Origin: Thiotrichales bacterium | GTDB taxonomy: Bacteria; Pseudomonadota; Gammaproteobacteria; UBA5335; SLRW01 | Direction: 5' to 3' | DNA: 42,512 bases | Assembly: GCA_003567955.1 (NCBI GenBank) | Contig: PWYF01000231.1 | Span: forward strand, 1-42,512 | Part shown: piece after piece, positions 33,171 to 42,512 of the stretch | Layout of the letters: each line of letters begins with the position of its first letter | How positions within the stretch are numbered: the first letter of the stretch is position 1 | Made by a program: the position numbers and the translations under genes | Notes under the pieces: generated by a model | What the model was told of the DNA's origin: nothing | The model's input: the letters and a program-made list of their open reading frames with translations, nothing else | Databases searched by the model: none

Positions 33171-34079
33171 ATGAAAATCCTGCGTACGCCTGACGAGCAA
33201 TTCACCAATCTGCCCGATTATGCCTTCGAGCCGAACTATCTGGAAATCCCCTCGGGCACGGGCGAATCGCTGCGGATTCATTATGTGGATGAAGGGCCAC
33301 GCGAGGCCGCGCCGGTTTTGCTGCTGCATGGCGAGCCCACCTGGTCGTATCTGTATCGCAAGATGATCCCGCCGCTGGTTGCGGCCGGGCATCGGGTCAT
33401 TGCACCGGATCTGGTCGGCTTTGGCCGCTCCGACAAGCCCTCGGAAGTCGCCGATTACAGCTACCAGCGCCATATGGACTGGCTGCATGCCGTGGTGGAT
33501 GAATTGCAGATCAACAACATCAGCCTGTTCTGCCAGGACTGGGGCGGGCTGCTGGGGCTGCGCCTGGTGGCAGAACGGCCGGATGATTTCGCCCGCGTGG
33601 TAGCAGCCAACACCTTCCTGCCCACCGGCGACCGTCATCCCGGCGATGCCTTTTTGCAATGGCAGAAACTCTCGCAGGAGATCCCGGTATTCGAGACCGG
33701 CAAGCTCATTCGCGGCGCGTGTGCGAGGCATGTGCCGGATGAAGTGCGCGATGCCTATGACGCGCCCTTCCCGGAAGAGCACTACAAGGCCGGAGCGCGG
33801 GCCTTCCCGATACTGGTGCCGACCTCGCCCGATAACCCGGCATCACCGGCCAATCGCAAGGCCTGGGAAGTGCTGCAGGAGTTCAACAAGCCCTTTCTGT
33901 GCGCCTTCAGCGACAGCGACCCCATCACCCGGGGTGGCGAAAAGGTATTGCAGAAGCTGATTCCCGGTTGCGCCGGCCAGCCCCACACCACCATTGAAAA
34001 CGCCGGCCACTTCCTTCAGGAAGACGCCGGCGAGGAACTGGCGCGAGTGATCAACGACTTTATTGCCCGCACCTCGTAG
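33171..34079 (+). CDS. haloalkane dehalogenase, DhlA-like (HLD-I alpha/beta hydrolase)
   Basis: IRTPDEQFTNLPDYAFEPNYL, LLLHGEPTWSYLYRKMIP, VIAPDLVGFGRSDKP, QDWGG nucleophile elbow and C-terminal NAGHFLQED. This closely recalls Xanthobacter DhlA (from memory). The ATG at 33171 follows ggggag. Confidence 0.85.
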   Translation: MKILRTPDEQFTNLPDYAFEPNYLEIPSGTGESLRIHYVDEGPREAAPVLLLHGEPTWSYLYRKMIPPLVAAGHRVIAPDLVGFGRSDKPSEVADYSYQRHMDWLHAVVDELQINNISLFCQDWGGLLGLRLVAERPDDFARVVAANTFLPTGDRHPGDAFLQWQKLSQEIPVFETGKLIRGACARHVPDEVRDAYDAPFPEEHYKAGARAFPILVPTSPDNPASPANRKAWEVLQEFNKPFLCAFSDSDPITRGGEKVLQKLIPGCAGQPHTTIENAGHFLQEDAGEELARVINDFIARTS

Positions 34080-34090
34080 TCAGGAGCGGA

Positions 34091-36100
34091 TCAGTCGCCG
34101 GAGGCCGATTTCTTGCCGCCGGCTTTGCTTTTGCCGGCCGGTTTCTTGCTCGCGGCACGCTTTTTGGTCCCGGCGGCCGCCGGTGACTTGCGTTTGCCGG
34201 AGGCACCATCACCCGAGAGTTCCAGCAGCAGCCGGTTAACTCGCTGGACATAACTGGCCGGGTCCTTGAGTGATTCCCCGCCGGCAAGCCGCGCCTGGTC
34301 ATGGATCACGCTGATCAGGTCATCCGCCCGCGTGTCATTGGTTTCACTGTTCAGCCGCTGCAGCAGCGGATGCTGCGGGTTGATCTCCAGCGTGGGCTTG
34401 CTGTCGGGCACGCTCTGACCGGCCGCTTCCAGCATACGGCGCAGCTGCGGCCCCATGTCGTATTCACCAATCACCAGGCAGGCCGGCGAATCCGTCAGGC
34501 GATGCGTGGTGCGCACCCCGGCGACCTCGTTCTCGAGCTTTTGGGCAATGCGTTCGGTGAGCCCGGCCCAGGCCTTGTCGCTTTCCTCCTGGGCCTGCTT
34601 GTCCTGCTCATCCTCAAGCTCGCCCAGATCCAGTTCGCCTTTGCTGATATCGCTGAATGACTTGCCGTCATATTCATGCAAGTGGGTCATCAGCCATTCG
34701 TCCACCACTTCGGAGAGCAACAGCACCTCGATGCCTTTCTTGCGGAAGACCTCCAGATGCGGACTGCCAGCGGCGGCTTCATGGCTGTCGGCAATGATGT
34801 AATAGATGTGCTTCTGGCCGTCCTTCATGCGCCCGACATAATCGGCCAGGCTCACGCTCTGGCGGCTGTCACCGGTATGGGTGCTGGCAAAGCGCAGCAG
34901 GCCGGCCAGAGACTCGCGGTTGTCCGGGTCCTCGCCCGGGCCTTCCTTGAGTACCGCGCCGAACTGATCCCAGAACGCCTGGTATTTATCGGCATTATTA
35001 CCAGCGAGTTGCGCCAGCATTTTCAGCACGCGTTTGGTCAACGCCTTGCGCAGCGAATTGACGGTGTGATCATTCTGGAGAATCTCGCGCGAGACATTCA
35101 GCGACAGATCATTGCTGTCGATCACACCCCGGACAAAGCGCAGATACAGGGGCAGGAACTGCTCGGCGTCATCCATGATGAACACGCGCTGCACGTAGAG
35201 CTTGAGGCCGCGCCGGCCCTCGCGCTGCCACAGATCAAAGGGGGCGCGTTCGGGAACGTACAGCAGCGAGGTATAGTCCAGCGTGCCCTCAACCCGGTTG
35301 TGCGCCCAGCTCAGGGCGTCACCGAAATCATGTGAAACGTGACGATAGAAATCCTGGTATTCCTCGTCGGAAATCTCAGACGGATTACGGGTCCACAGGG
35401 CAGTGGCGGTATTGACCTGCTCCGGTTCAGCGGGCTTGTCATCCTCGCCGGCTTCAGCGGCCATCATCACCGGCACTGAAATATGGTCACTGTACTTGCG
35501 CACCAGGGTCTTCAGTCGCATGGGCTCGAGGAATTCGTCCTCGTCCTTTTTCAGATGCAGCACGATTTCGGTGCCGCGCACCGCGCGCTCGGCCTGGCCA
35601 AGCTCGAATTCGCCGCTGCCCTCGCTGGCCCAGTAAACCCCTTCACTGGCGGGCAAACCGGCCTTGCGGGTGAACACTTCGACCCGGTCGGCAACGATAA
35701 AGCTGCTGTAAAAACCGACCCCGAACTGGCCGATCAAGCGTGAATCCTTGCGCTCATCGCCGCTCAGGTTTTTCAGAAACTCCATAGTGCCCGAACGGGC
35801 AATGGTGCCGAGATTCTCCACCACCTCGTCACGACTCATGCCGACGCCGTTGTCGCGCACGGTGAGGGTGCGCTGGCTCTTGTCGACTTCGATATGGATC
35901 TGCAAGTCCGGATCACCCTCAAACAGGCTGTCATCCTTGAGCGCCAGGAAATGCAGCTTGTCGGCGGCATCCGAGGCATTGGAGATCAACTCGCGCAGGA
36001 AAATCTCCTTGTTGGAATACAGCGAATGCACCATCAGGTGCAGCAGCTGGTTGACTTCCGCCTGGAAGGGGTGTTTTTGGGTATCGGCAGTATCGGTCAT
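34091..36100 (-). CDS. htpG: molecular chaperone HtpG (Hsp90) with basic C-terminal extension
   Basis: [34 protein letters not shown] is the N-terminal ATPase signature. The ATG at 36100 lies about 35 nt downstream of a sigma-32-type promoter. The ORF-track start at 36211 is rejected. Confidence 0.95.
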   Translation of the reverse strand: MTDTADTQKHPFQAEVNQLLHLMVHSLYSNKEIFLRELISNASDAADKLHFLALKDDSLFEGDPDLQIHIEVDKSQRTLTVRDNGVGMSRDEVVENLGTIARSGTMEFLKNLSGDERKDSRLIGQFGVGFYSSFIVADRVEVFTRKAGLPASEGVYWASEGSGEFELGQAERAVRGTEIVLHLKKDEDEFLEPMRLKTLVRKYSDHISVPVMMAAEAGEDDKPAEPEQVNTATALWTRNPSEISDEEYQDFYRHVSHDFGDALSWAHNRVEGTLDYTSLLYVPERAPFDLWQREGRRGLKLYVQRVFIMDDAEQFLPLYLRFVRGVIDSNDLSLNVSREILQNDHTVNSLRKALTKRVLKMLAQLAGNNADKYQAFWDQFGAVLKEGPGEDPDNRESLAGLLRFASTHTGDSRQSVSLADYVGRMKDGQKHIYYIIADSHEAAAGSPHLEVFRKKGIEVLLLSEVVDEWLMTHLHEYDGKSFSDISKGELDLGELEDEQDKQAQEESDKAWAGLTERIAQKLENEVAGVRTTHRLTDSPACLVIGEYDMGPQLRRMLEAAGQSVPDSKPTLEINPQHPLLQRLNSETNDTRADDLISVIHDQARLAGGESLKDPASYVQRVNRLLLELSGDGASGKRKSPAAAGTKKRAASKKPAGKSKAGGKKSASGD

Positions 36101-36135
36101 ATTCAGGCCCCTGTTGTGTTCTTCCTGTCCCCTCG

Positions 36136-36163
36136 AAATGGGGACGTGCCGCGATTTTTCAAG
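36136..36163 (-). promoter_or_regulatory. sigma-32 (RpoH) heat-shock promoter of htpG
   Basis: The minus strand reads CTTGAAA-(13 nt)-CCCCATTT, matching the CTTGAA / CCCCATNT heat-shock consensus. It is positioned just upstream of the htpG ATG. Confidence 0.75.
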
Positions 36164-36878
36164 CGCCGGTGCTGAGACGGATAAACGCGGCCTCGGCATC
36201 GCTGGCGCCACTGCGGGCCAGCAGCTCGGGCAGGGTGCCGCTGGCCACCACCTGCCCCGCCGCCAGCATCACCACCTGGTCGCAGAGCTGTTCCACCTCA
36301 TGCATCAGGTGCGTGGACACCAGCACGCAGTGGCCTCGAGCGGCCAGTTCGCGCAGTGTCTGGCGCAGGGCGCGGGCCGCCGCCACATCCAGCCCCGAGG
36401 AGGGCTCGTCCAGCACCAGATTCCGGGGTGAATGCACCAGCGCCCGGGCCAGCGCCACGCGGGTTTTCTGGCCGTGGGAATAGCCGCCGGCGCGGCGGTC
36501 AACAAAAGCGCCCATATCCAGTTGCGTCACCAGTGCCTCGGTACGCCTTTGGGCTTGCGCCGTATCAAGGCCGTGCAGACGGGCAAAATAAGCAATGTTC
36601 TCGCGGCCGCTGAGGCGCGGATACAGCGCCGTACTGTGGGGCAACACACCGAGTCCGGCGCGCACCGCCAGGGCCTCGCTCACACTGTCCCGGCCGTCGA
36701 CCGTGACCCGGCCGCTGTCGGGGCGCAGCAGGGTGGCGATGATGCGCATCAGCGTGGTCTTGCCGGCGCCATTACCCCCCAGCAAACCGGTAATACAGCC
36801 ATCGGCGGCAGTGAAAGCAACCCCGCGCAGGGCCTGTACCTCGCCAAAGCGCTTGTGGACTGCCTCGACGCTGATCAT
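36159..36878 (-). CDS. ABC transporter ATP-binding protein (ABC-2 type)
   Basis: Walker [10 protein letters not shown], a degenerate signature YSHGQKTRV, Walker [12 protein letters not shown] and an H-loop STHLM. Confidence 0.9.
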   Translation of the reverse strand: MISVEAVHKRFGEVQALRGVAFTAADGCITGLLGGNGAGKTTLMRIIATLLRPDSGRVTVDGRDSVSEALAVRAGLGVLPHSTALYPRLSGRENIAYFARLHGLDTAQAQRRTEALVTQLDMGAFVDRRAGGYSHGQKTRVALARALVHSPRNLVLDEPSSGLDVAAARALRQTLRELAARGHCVLVSTHLMHEVEQLCDQVVMLAAGQVVASGTLPELLARSGASDAEAAFIRLSTGA

Positions 36879-38320
36879 GAGGCCGGTGCGTTCAGATTAA
36901 GCATGGGCGGCGGCGCGGAAAGCTGTTCCACGCAATCCATGTCCAGGTCCCCGGCAGCCCCGGCATCAAAAAAGGCGCGCACCCGCTCGGGCAGACAGCC
37001 CCGGATACTGACGATATGCCCCTGCCCCGGCGCTGTTACTGCCCGCCACTTCTCTACACGCCCGGCCAGCGCGGTGACCGGCCCGGGGGGTGTCACCGGG
37101 TCATATTCCCCAGAGAGCATCAGCATGGGTACGGACTCCGGCAGCGGTTCATCAAAGGCCGGCCGCGCCGGCACATCCCAGACTTCACAAGCCTCGGCCA
37201 GATGACCCAACTCGCGCGAGCCTTTCACCACCGTCTCCGGGATCCGGGGCAAATCCTCCCGGCACAACACCGACAGGTGCGCCAGCCAGTTGATACGCTG
37301 GTCCAGGCTGGACTCAAAATCATGCGCCAGCGCCACCAGGGGTGCGAGCTGCCCCTCGCTGGCGCGATGGACCAGAATCGGGATCATGACCCGGGTTTCG
37401 GGCTGGTAGGCCAGCAATCGCAGCATGCGTCGCAGGCCACCGGCCGCCACCGGCAGGCTGCGTACTTCACCCGTGCGCGGGTGTTCGAATTCAACCTCGC
37501 GGGGCGTCGCTTCCAGCGCCTCCAGCAGCGCCTGATAGCGTGCCGCCAGCGCCGGAAAAGCCTTATCGCATGCGGCTTGTTCACTGCACCGGGCCAGTTC
37601 GTCAGCGATTACCTGATTGGCGCTCTCGTCCACCGTCGCCCCCAGCGCCACCCCCAGTGGCAACACCGCATCCATGACCACGCTGCGGGTGTGGTCGGGA
37701 AAACGGGCGGCATACAGCTGCGCCACCCGCGAACCGTAGGAAAAGCCGTAGAGATTCCAGCGGGCATAGCCCAGCGCCTGGCGAACCGCTTCCAGGTCCG
37801 CGACCGCCGCATCGCTGTTGAAATGACGGGGATCGTGGTCCAGTTGTTCACGACAGCGGGCAATGCGCTGCATGGCCAGCGTGGTATCGGCGCGCAGGGC
37901 AAACGGGTCATCCACCACCGCATGCGGGCAGTTCAGGGGCGCGGATGCCCCGGTGCCGCGCTGATCCACCACCACGATATCGCGACGTTCACTCAGAGCC
38001 TGGAAAAGATGACGCAGTTCCACCAGGCTTTCGCTGGCACTTTGCCCCGGCCCGCCGGAAATCAGCACGACGGGCGCTTCTGCGGCGCGGGACGAGCGCG
38101 CACCAATCACGGCTACATGCAGGCTGATTTGGCCTGTCTCCGGCTCAGCATGATCCAGTGGCACCGCCAACGTGGTGCAGTGGGCCGGCACGCTGGCTGA
38201 AGTAGTAGCAGAGCTCAGCCTGCAAGGCTCGAATAGCACTTTGCCGGCCACACCCGGCGCTGGCGCCGATAACACCAGCAGGGCGGCAAGAACCAGACTG
38301 GCGTGGCGGCAAAAACGCAT
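36875..38320 (-). CDS. secreted alpha/beta hydrolase (S33 / tripeptidyl-aminopeptidase-like)
   Basis: Signal peptide MRFCRHASLVLAALLVLSAPAPGVAG, nucleophile elbow GFSYGS, and HGG-like VLISGGPGQS. 481 aa. Confidence 0.65.
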   Translation of the reverse strand: MRFCRHASLVLAALLVLSAPAPGVAGKVLFEPCRLSSATTSASVPAHCTTLAVPLDHAEPETGQISLHVAVIGARSSRAAEAPVVLISGGPGQSASESLVELRHLFQALSERRDIVVVDQRGTGASAPLNCPHAVVDDPFALRADTTLAMQRIARCREQLDHDPRHFNSDAAVADLEAVRQALGYARWNLYGFSYGSRVAQLYAARFPDHTRSVVMDAVLPLGVALGATVDESANQVIADELARCSEQAACDKAFPALAARYQALLEALEATPREVEFEHPRTGEVRSLPVAAGGLRRMLRLLAYQPETRVMIPILVHRASEGQLAPLVALAHDFESSLDQRINWLAHLSVLCREDLPRIPETVVKGSRELGHLAEACEVWDVPARPAFDEPLPESVPMLMLSGEYDPVTPPGPVTALAGRVEKWRAVTAPGQGHIVSIRGCLPERVRAFFDAGAAGDLDMDCVEQLSAPPPMLNLNAPAS

Positions 38321-39288
38321 CAGCCCAGCCGCGCTTCCAGTTCGCGTTTGAGGTGCTCGGCGGCCGGCTTTGCCTGGCTGAATATCTGCTCATAGCGGTA
38401 AAACTCAAGTACCCGCACATCGGTGACTTCCGGCGCCAGAAAGATATCCGGTTCGGCCAGGCGGCGGCGCTGGGTGATAATGGCATGCTGCATAACCTTG
38501 AAGGTGTTGAAGAGGCCATCCATATAGCCGGTGTCTTCATCATTGTCAGGCTTGCTGCGCTTGCCCAGCACATCCACCGCTACAGTGAGCCCGCCGTCCC
38601 TGGTGACATGCTCAAAGGGCACCGGGTTAACCATGCCTCCGTCGACCAGCACCCGGTCCTGATAGTGCACGGGCTGGAACACTCCGGGCATGGCCGCACT
38701 GGCCAACAACGGACGTAGCAACTCCCCTTCGGTGAAGAGCACTTCCTCACGCGCCCACAGATCCGTCGCCACCACAGTGAGCGGGATCTCCAGCGCACCG
38801 AATGTCTTCGCGCCGAGCAGATCGTCCAGCACCGCCATGGCCTCGTCGGGCTCAAACACATTCACGTTTTCCAGCCCCGGACGCAACATGGCGAAGGCCT
38901 TGGCCCAGTCCCGGTTAAACAGGGCGCCCAACCACTCCCGGCCGTTGCTCGGCACCAGCTCAATCACCATTTCGCGGATTTCCCGACCCGACATACCACT
39001 GGCATAGAAGGCGCCGAGCAGGGCGCCGATACTGCTGCCGGCAATATGCCGGGGGCGGATACCAAGCTCATCCAGCACCTCGAAAACCAGGATATGCGAG
39101 AGCCCGGCAGCACCCCCCGAGCCCAGCGCCAGCCCCAGCCCTTCGCCCGGCAATTGCCGGGGTTCACCACTTTGCGAGGCGGTTTCCGCACGCACTGCAC
39201 TTGCCGCGCCCAACCCCAGCGGCAAGGTACTGGCCGCAGCCAGCATCCACTTCAACACCGTTCGCCTGTCGGGTTGTTCATTCGCCAT
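38320..39288 (-). CDS. patatin-like phospholipase with Tat-type signal peptide
   Basis: GSGGAAG oxyanion motif, GSSIG (GxSxG) and DGGMVNPVP (catalytic Asp). The N-terminus DRRTVLKWMLAAAS...AVRA resembles a twin-arginine signal. I prefer the ATG at 39288, 9 nt after ggggag. Confidence 0.85.
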   Translation of the reverse strand: MANEQPDRRTVLKWMLAAASTLPLGLGAASAVRAETASQSGEPRQLPGEGLGLALGSGGAAGLSHILVFEVLDELGIRPRHIAGSSIGALLGAFYASGMSGREIREMVIELVPSNGREWLGALFNRDWAKAFAMLRPGLENVNVFEPDEAMAVLDDLLGAKTFGALEIPLTVVATDLWAREEVLFTEGELLRPLLASAAMPGVFQPVHYQDRVLVDGGMVNPVPFEHVTRDGGLTVAVDVLGKRSKPDNDEDTGYMDGLFNTFKVMQHAIITQRRRLAEPDIFLAPEVTDVRVLEFYRYEQIFSQAKPAAEHLKRELEARLG

Positions 39289-40018
39289 GATCATGGGCTC
39301 CCCGGGTTTGTGCGCCCGTGTTGTCGACAGGATCAGCCGGGCTGATCTGTGGTGACTCACCATGGTACTGCAACTTGTCCGGCGCCACCGTGCCGCCGGT
39401 CATAATGAAGGACATGGCCTCGTCCACCGACCAGTCGGTGGAGACCACATGTTCCACCGGCACGATTTCCAGGTAGCCGGAGGTGGGATTGGGCGTGGTG
39501 GGCACATACACCGCCGCCAGTTGCCGCCCGGTTTCGGCGTCGTTGAACACGCGGGTCACAAACCCGATGACTTTCATCTGCTCGGAGGGGAAGGGAATCA
39601 TCACCACCCGTTCCACATGCTCGGGCTGCTGTTGCAGGGCCGAAATCAGCTTGCGGGTGCCGCCATATATGCGCTCGGCCAGGGGAATGCGGCGGATCAG
39701 GTTATCAACGATCTCCAGCAATTTACGGCCCAGCACACGGGTGGTGAGCCAGCCCAGAAGGATCAACACGGCCAGCGTCAACAAGACTGCACAGGCAAAC
39801 TGGAACCAGGGGTGTAGCAACCAGGCCGAGAGCGCCGGCGAGAGCGGCTCCACCGCCCGTCCGGCAGCACGCACCCAGGGGGTGCCGAATCTGGAGAGCT
39901 GGTTGAGAATGAAGGTAAAAACCCACCAGGTGATCCACAGCGGGATCACCGTGAGAATACCGGTGATCAGCCAGCGCCTGAGCTGGCGTCCGGTATGGCG
40001 GGTGCGCTCCAGTGCCAT
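39278..40018 (-). CDS. DUF502 family membrane protein
   Basis: The N-terminus LRRWLITGILTVIPLWITWWVF is typical of DUF502. There is a second TM helix and a soluble C-terminal domain. Confidence 0.7.
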   Translation of the reverse strand: MALERTRHTGRQLRRWLITGILTVIPLWITWWVFTFILNQLSRFGTPWVRAAGRAVEPLSPALSAWLLHPWFQFACAVLLTLAVLILLGWLTTRVLGRKLLEIVDNLIRRIPLAERIYGGTRKLISALQQQPEHVERVVMIPFPSEQMKVIGFVTRVFNDAETGRQLAAVYVPTTPNPTSGYLEIVPVEHVVSTDWSVDEAMSFIMTGGTVAPDKLQYHGESPQISPADPVDNTGAQTRGAHDHGE

Positions 40019-40047
40019 ATGGCTGGTCCCTGACGAGCCGGCGCGCC

Positions 40048-40713
40048 TTATGCCTCCGCTTCGCCGCCGGCTTCTCTCGTTACCAGCTCATCCAGCAAGC
40101 GGAAGAAATCCTGATAAGTGCCCACCATCGAAGGTGAGGTCATATAACGGCCATTAACCACCACGGATGGCGTGCCGCGAATGCCATATTCACTGTTGAG
40201 CTGCCGTGCCCGGCGCAGCTGCGCATCCACGGCGAAGGACTCCCAGGCGCTGTCGAAAGCTTCCGGATCCACGCCCTGTTGTTCAAAAAAATCACGCAAC
40301 TCACGGCGCTGGTTAAGGCGCTGGCCACCCTGGTGGATCGCATCAAAGACGGGCCCGTGCAATTCATCGGCCTTGCCCAGGGCCTGCGCGGTGTACCAGG
40401 CCTGGGCATGGGTTTGCCAGCCGCGGTTGACCAGGGCCGGCAGGCGCACCAGGCGCACGCGTTCGCTGTTGGTCGCAATCCAGTCATCCAGCATGGGCTT
40501 GAAGGTGTAGCAGTGCGGACAGCCGTACCAGAAGACATCGGCAATCTCCACGCCCTCGCCATCACGCACCGTCCTGGGCTGATCAATCACCCGATAGTGT
40601 TCACCGGCCCGGAACTCGCTGGCCGGCACCGGCGCAGACCAGACCAGTGCAATTAGCAGCACCAGGCTGAGCAGCCAGGTAACGGGTTTTGCGGCCAGAT
40701 TCTGTTTCATCAC
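40048..40713 (-). CDS. dsbA: thiol:disulfide interchange protein DsbA
   Basis: Signal peptide, FWYGCPHCYTF (CPHC active site) and GTPSVVVNGRY. Confidence 0.95.
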   Translation of the reverse strand: MMKQNLAAKPVTWLLSLVLLIALVWSAPVPASEFRAGEHYRVIDQPRTVRDGEGVEIADVFWYGCPHCYTFKPMLDDWIATNSERVRLVRLPALVNRGWQTHAQAWYTAQALGKADELHGPVFDAIHQGGQRLNQRRELRDFFEQQGVDPEAFDSAWESFAVDAQLRRARQLNSEYGIRGTPSVVVNGRYMTSPSMVGTYQDFFRLLDELVTREAGGEAEA

Positions 40714-40789
40714 GATGGTTCTCCCTGCTGTTCAGACAATGACCCAATGTAACCCACAGTGATCGCGCTGCCCATCCCCGTCTACCCAC

Positions 40790-40822
40790 AAAAAAGGGGC
40801 GACCCGGCGTCGCCCCTTTTTT
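40790..40822 (-). terminator. intrinsic (bidirectional-looking) terminator after cytochrome c4
   Basis: aaaaaa-ggggcgac-ccggc-gtcgcccc-tttttt. On the minus strand the hairpin is followed by a T6 run, 22 nt past the stop at 40845. Confidence 0.8.
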
Positions 40823-40844
40823 GACTGTCCCGGTTGCCTGCGGT

Positions 40845-41462
40845 TCAGTGCAGCCCTTCCATATACGATGAAACCGCCTGGATCTCCTCGTCGCTCATGC
40901 GTTCGGCAATGGACTGCATCATCTCGGCGTTCATCGTACCGTTGCGCTCGCCATTGGCGTAGGCGCGCAGGGCAATCGCATTATAGGCCGCGTGCTGACC
41001 ACTGACCGCAGGGTAGCCGGCCGGGGCATTGCCGCTACCGGAGGGGCCATGACACGCCATACAGGCGGAAACGCCGGTCTCCGGGTTGCCGCCACGATAA
41101 ATCTGCTCACCCAGCTCGACCAGCTCCGGGTCCGCGCTGCCAATCTGCTTGCTCTGGCCAGCGTAATAGGCGGCCAGATCGGCAATATCCTGATCACTGA
41201 GGTTGGCCACCTGGCCCATCATCAGCGGATCCTGCCGCCGGCCATCACGGTAGGCCTTGAGGGAATCACGCAGATATTTTTCGTTCTGGCCGGCAATTTT
41301 CGGCCACTCGGGGTTGGCGCTGTTGCCATCCACACCGTGACAGGCTGCGCAGGGTTGCGACAGCGCCTCGCCCGCCTCCGGATCACCGGCGAGTACCGGC
41401 CACGCCAGCATTCCGAGTATCATTGCGGCGGGGGCCGCCATCACAAGCCATTTCTTGTTCAT
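40845..41462 (-). CDS. dihaem cytochrome c4
   Basis: Two CxxCH motifs (CAACHG, CMACHG) and signal peptide MNKKWLVMAAPAAMILGMLAWPVLA. I prefer the ATG at 41462 over the ORF-track start at 41606. Confidence 0.9.
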   Translation of the reverse strand: MNKKWLVMAAPAAMILGMLAWPVLAGDPEAGEALSQPCAACHGVDGNSANPEWPKIAGQNEKYLRDSLKAYRDGRRQDPLMMGQVANLSDQDIADLAAYYAGQSKQIGSADPELVELGEQIYRGGNPETGVSACMACHGPSGSGNAPAGYPAVSGQHAAYNAIALRAYANGERNGTMNAEMMQSIAERMSDEEIQAVSSYMEGLH

Positions 41463-41620
41463 AGCTGAAATTGCCTCTTGCGGGCGCGACCTTGCGCCGC
41501 CTGTTGTAGGATATCGCCGGACACAACGCTTGCACGCTGCCAGTAAAGGGCGGATTTTACACCGGGATTGCGGTAGAGGGTCAACTTTAGCCGTCCCCCG
41601 ACACACTGGAGTACCGGCAC

Positions 41621-42256
41621 ATGAGCGGTCTGGATTACACCCGCGCCTGTTTTGTCAAAAGCGCCAGCCGCCTGTCCGACCTGCCCCCGGACAGCGGCGT
41701 CGAGGTTGCCTTTGCCGGGCGTTCCAATGCCGGCAAGTCCACCGCCATCAACACCATCACCGGGCGCAAGGGGCTGGCCCGTACCAGCAAAACGCCCGGC
41801 CGCACCCAATTGATCAACACCTTTGAACTGGTTCCAGACGGCCCGCGGCTGATGGACCTGCCCGGCTATGGTTTTGCCAAAGTCCCCGAACGGGTCAAGC
41901 AACAATGGGCCGGCTTGCTCGACGGCTATTTCCGCAACCGCCAGAGTCTGCGCGGCCTGGTCCTGATGATGGATGTGCGTCGCCCGCTCACCGATTTCGA
42001 CCAGCAGATGCTGGCCTGGTGCAGCGACGCCGGCCTGCCCTGTCATGTGCTGCTGACCAAGGCCGACAAACTCAGCCGCGGCGCCGGCGGCGGCGCCCTG
42101 CAAAAAACCCGCGCCGCCCTGGCGAAGCTACCGGGCGAATTCAGCGCGCAGCTTTTCTCCGGCCTCAAGCGCACCGGCGTCGAAGAGGCCCGACAAAAAC
42201 TCGATGAATGGCTTGACCCGCGCGATGCGCCGGAGTTTTCAGACGGTGGCGCCTGA
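41621..42256 (+). CDS. engB: ribosome-biogenesis GTPase EngB/YihA
   Basis: GRSNAGKST (G1), [15 protein letters not shown] (G3) and TKADK (G4). It is divergent from cytochrome c4-dsbA, as in many gammaproteobacteria. Confidence 0.95.
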   Translation: MSGLDYTRACFVKSASRLSDLPPDSGVEVAFAGRSNAGKSTAINTITGRKGLARTSKTPGRTQLINTFELVPDGPRLMDLPGYGFAKVPERVKQQWAGLLDGYFRNRQSLRGLVLMMDVRRPLTDFDQQMLAWCSDAGLPCHVLLTKADKLSRGAGGGALQKTRAALAKLPGEFSAQLFSGLKRTGVEEARQKLDEWLDPRDAPEFSDGGA

Positions 42257-42306
42257 AGTTGATGGTGGCCTGACCGGGATGGCGCCGGGGTGCAGACAGG
42301 CCGGAT

Positions 42307-42512
42307 AAAAGCCTGAACCATGAAGAACATGAAGCTCATAAAGGAAACAAAAAGTCGAATATATTTTTGATAAATAATGCATTTCCCCTTCATGTCCTTC
42401 TTTTCTTCATGGTTGGCTTTTTGCCCGTCCTCAATCGACCACGGGAATATCCCGTTCAGGCCCCGCCAGTTTCAGCTGCCCCTTCTGAAAACTTTAAACT
42501 GAACACTGAAAA
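42307..42512. repeat. mosaic palindromic intergenic element, copy 4 (runs to window edge)
   Basis: Arms aaaagcctgaaccatgaagaacatgaag (42307-42334) and cttcatgtccttcttttcttcatggttggcttttt (42388-42422) surround an AT-rich loop. The tail ctgaacactgaaaa lies at 42499-42512, as in copies 2 and 3. Confidence 0.7.

Noticed and set aside
34091-36211. Long N-terminal extensions suggested by the ORF track (htpG 36211, hotdog 4591, thioesterase 8800, LolA-like 9210, exporter 9751, halogenase 12068, cytochrome c4 41606, patatin 39363, dehalogenase 33132, GSMT 32193)
   Set aside because: In each case an internal ATG/GTG gives the expected family N-terminus or signal peptide. It is preceded by a Shine-Dalgarno-like purine run and/or forms an ATGA-type overlap with the upstream stop. 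For htpG, the sigma-32 promoter lies inside the putative extension.
37016-38200. 394-aa plus-strand ORF
   Set aside because: It is antisense to the secreted alpha/beta hydrolase gene, which has a signal peptide and a GxSxG motif. No motifs in the antisense product.
38320-39288. Patatin-like phospholipase as a CBASS or other anti-phage effector
   Set aside because: No cyclase, sensor or other defence gene is adjacent. The protein has an export signal and sits in an envelope-type operon.

Overview
GC-rich chromosomal segment, probably from a halophilic gammaproteobacterium. I infer a Chromatiales/Ectothiorhodospiraceae-type host from the GSMT/SDMT glycine-betaine genes. The left half (619-21542) is one large accessory locus made of two divergent, tightly coupled operons. 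Together they encode an aryl-polyene (APE) type II PKS system and a DarA/DarB dialkylresorcinol module, which is a flexirubin-like APE-DAR hybrid cluster. It also carries a MIO ammonia-lyase, a WxWxIP flavin halogenase-like enzyme, a LolA/MMPL/lipoprotein export set, lipid-anchoring acyltransferases and a BtrH-like protein. The right half holds mostly housekeeping or niche genes: selO, purU, tpm, an lpd-like flavoprotein, an AraC regulator with a TPR lipoprotein, betaine synthesis methyltransferases, a GGDEF protein, a DhlA-like dehalogenase, htpG with a sigma-32 promoter, a DUF502/patatin/hydrolase/ABC-ATPase operon, dsbA, cytochrome c4 and engB. Non-coding structure stands out. There is a perfect 8-bp x 8 tandem repeat immediately after the cluster. 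A family of at least four mosaic nested-palindrome elements sits at gene 3' ends. A separate, highly structured inverted-repeat element lies at the left border of the cluster. No rRNA, tRNA, CRISPR array, transposase or integrase was recognised. All family assignments come from motifs read by eye and from memory, not from searches.
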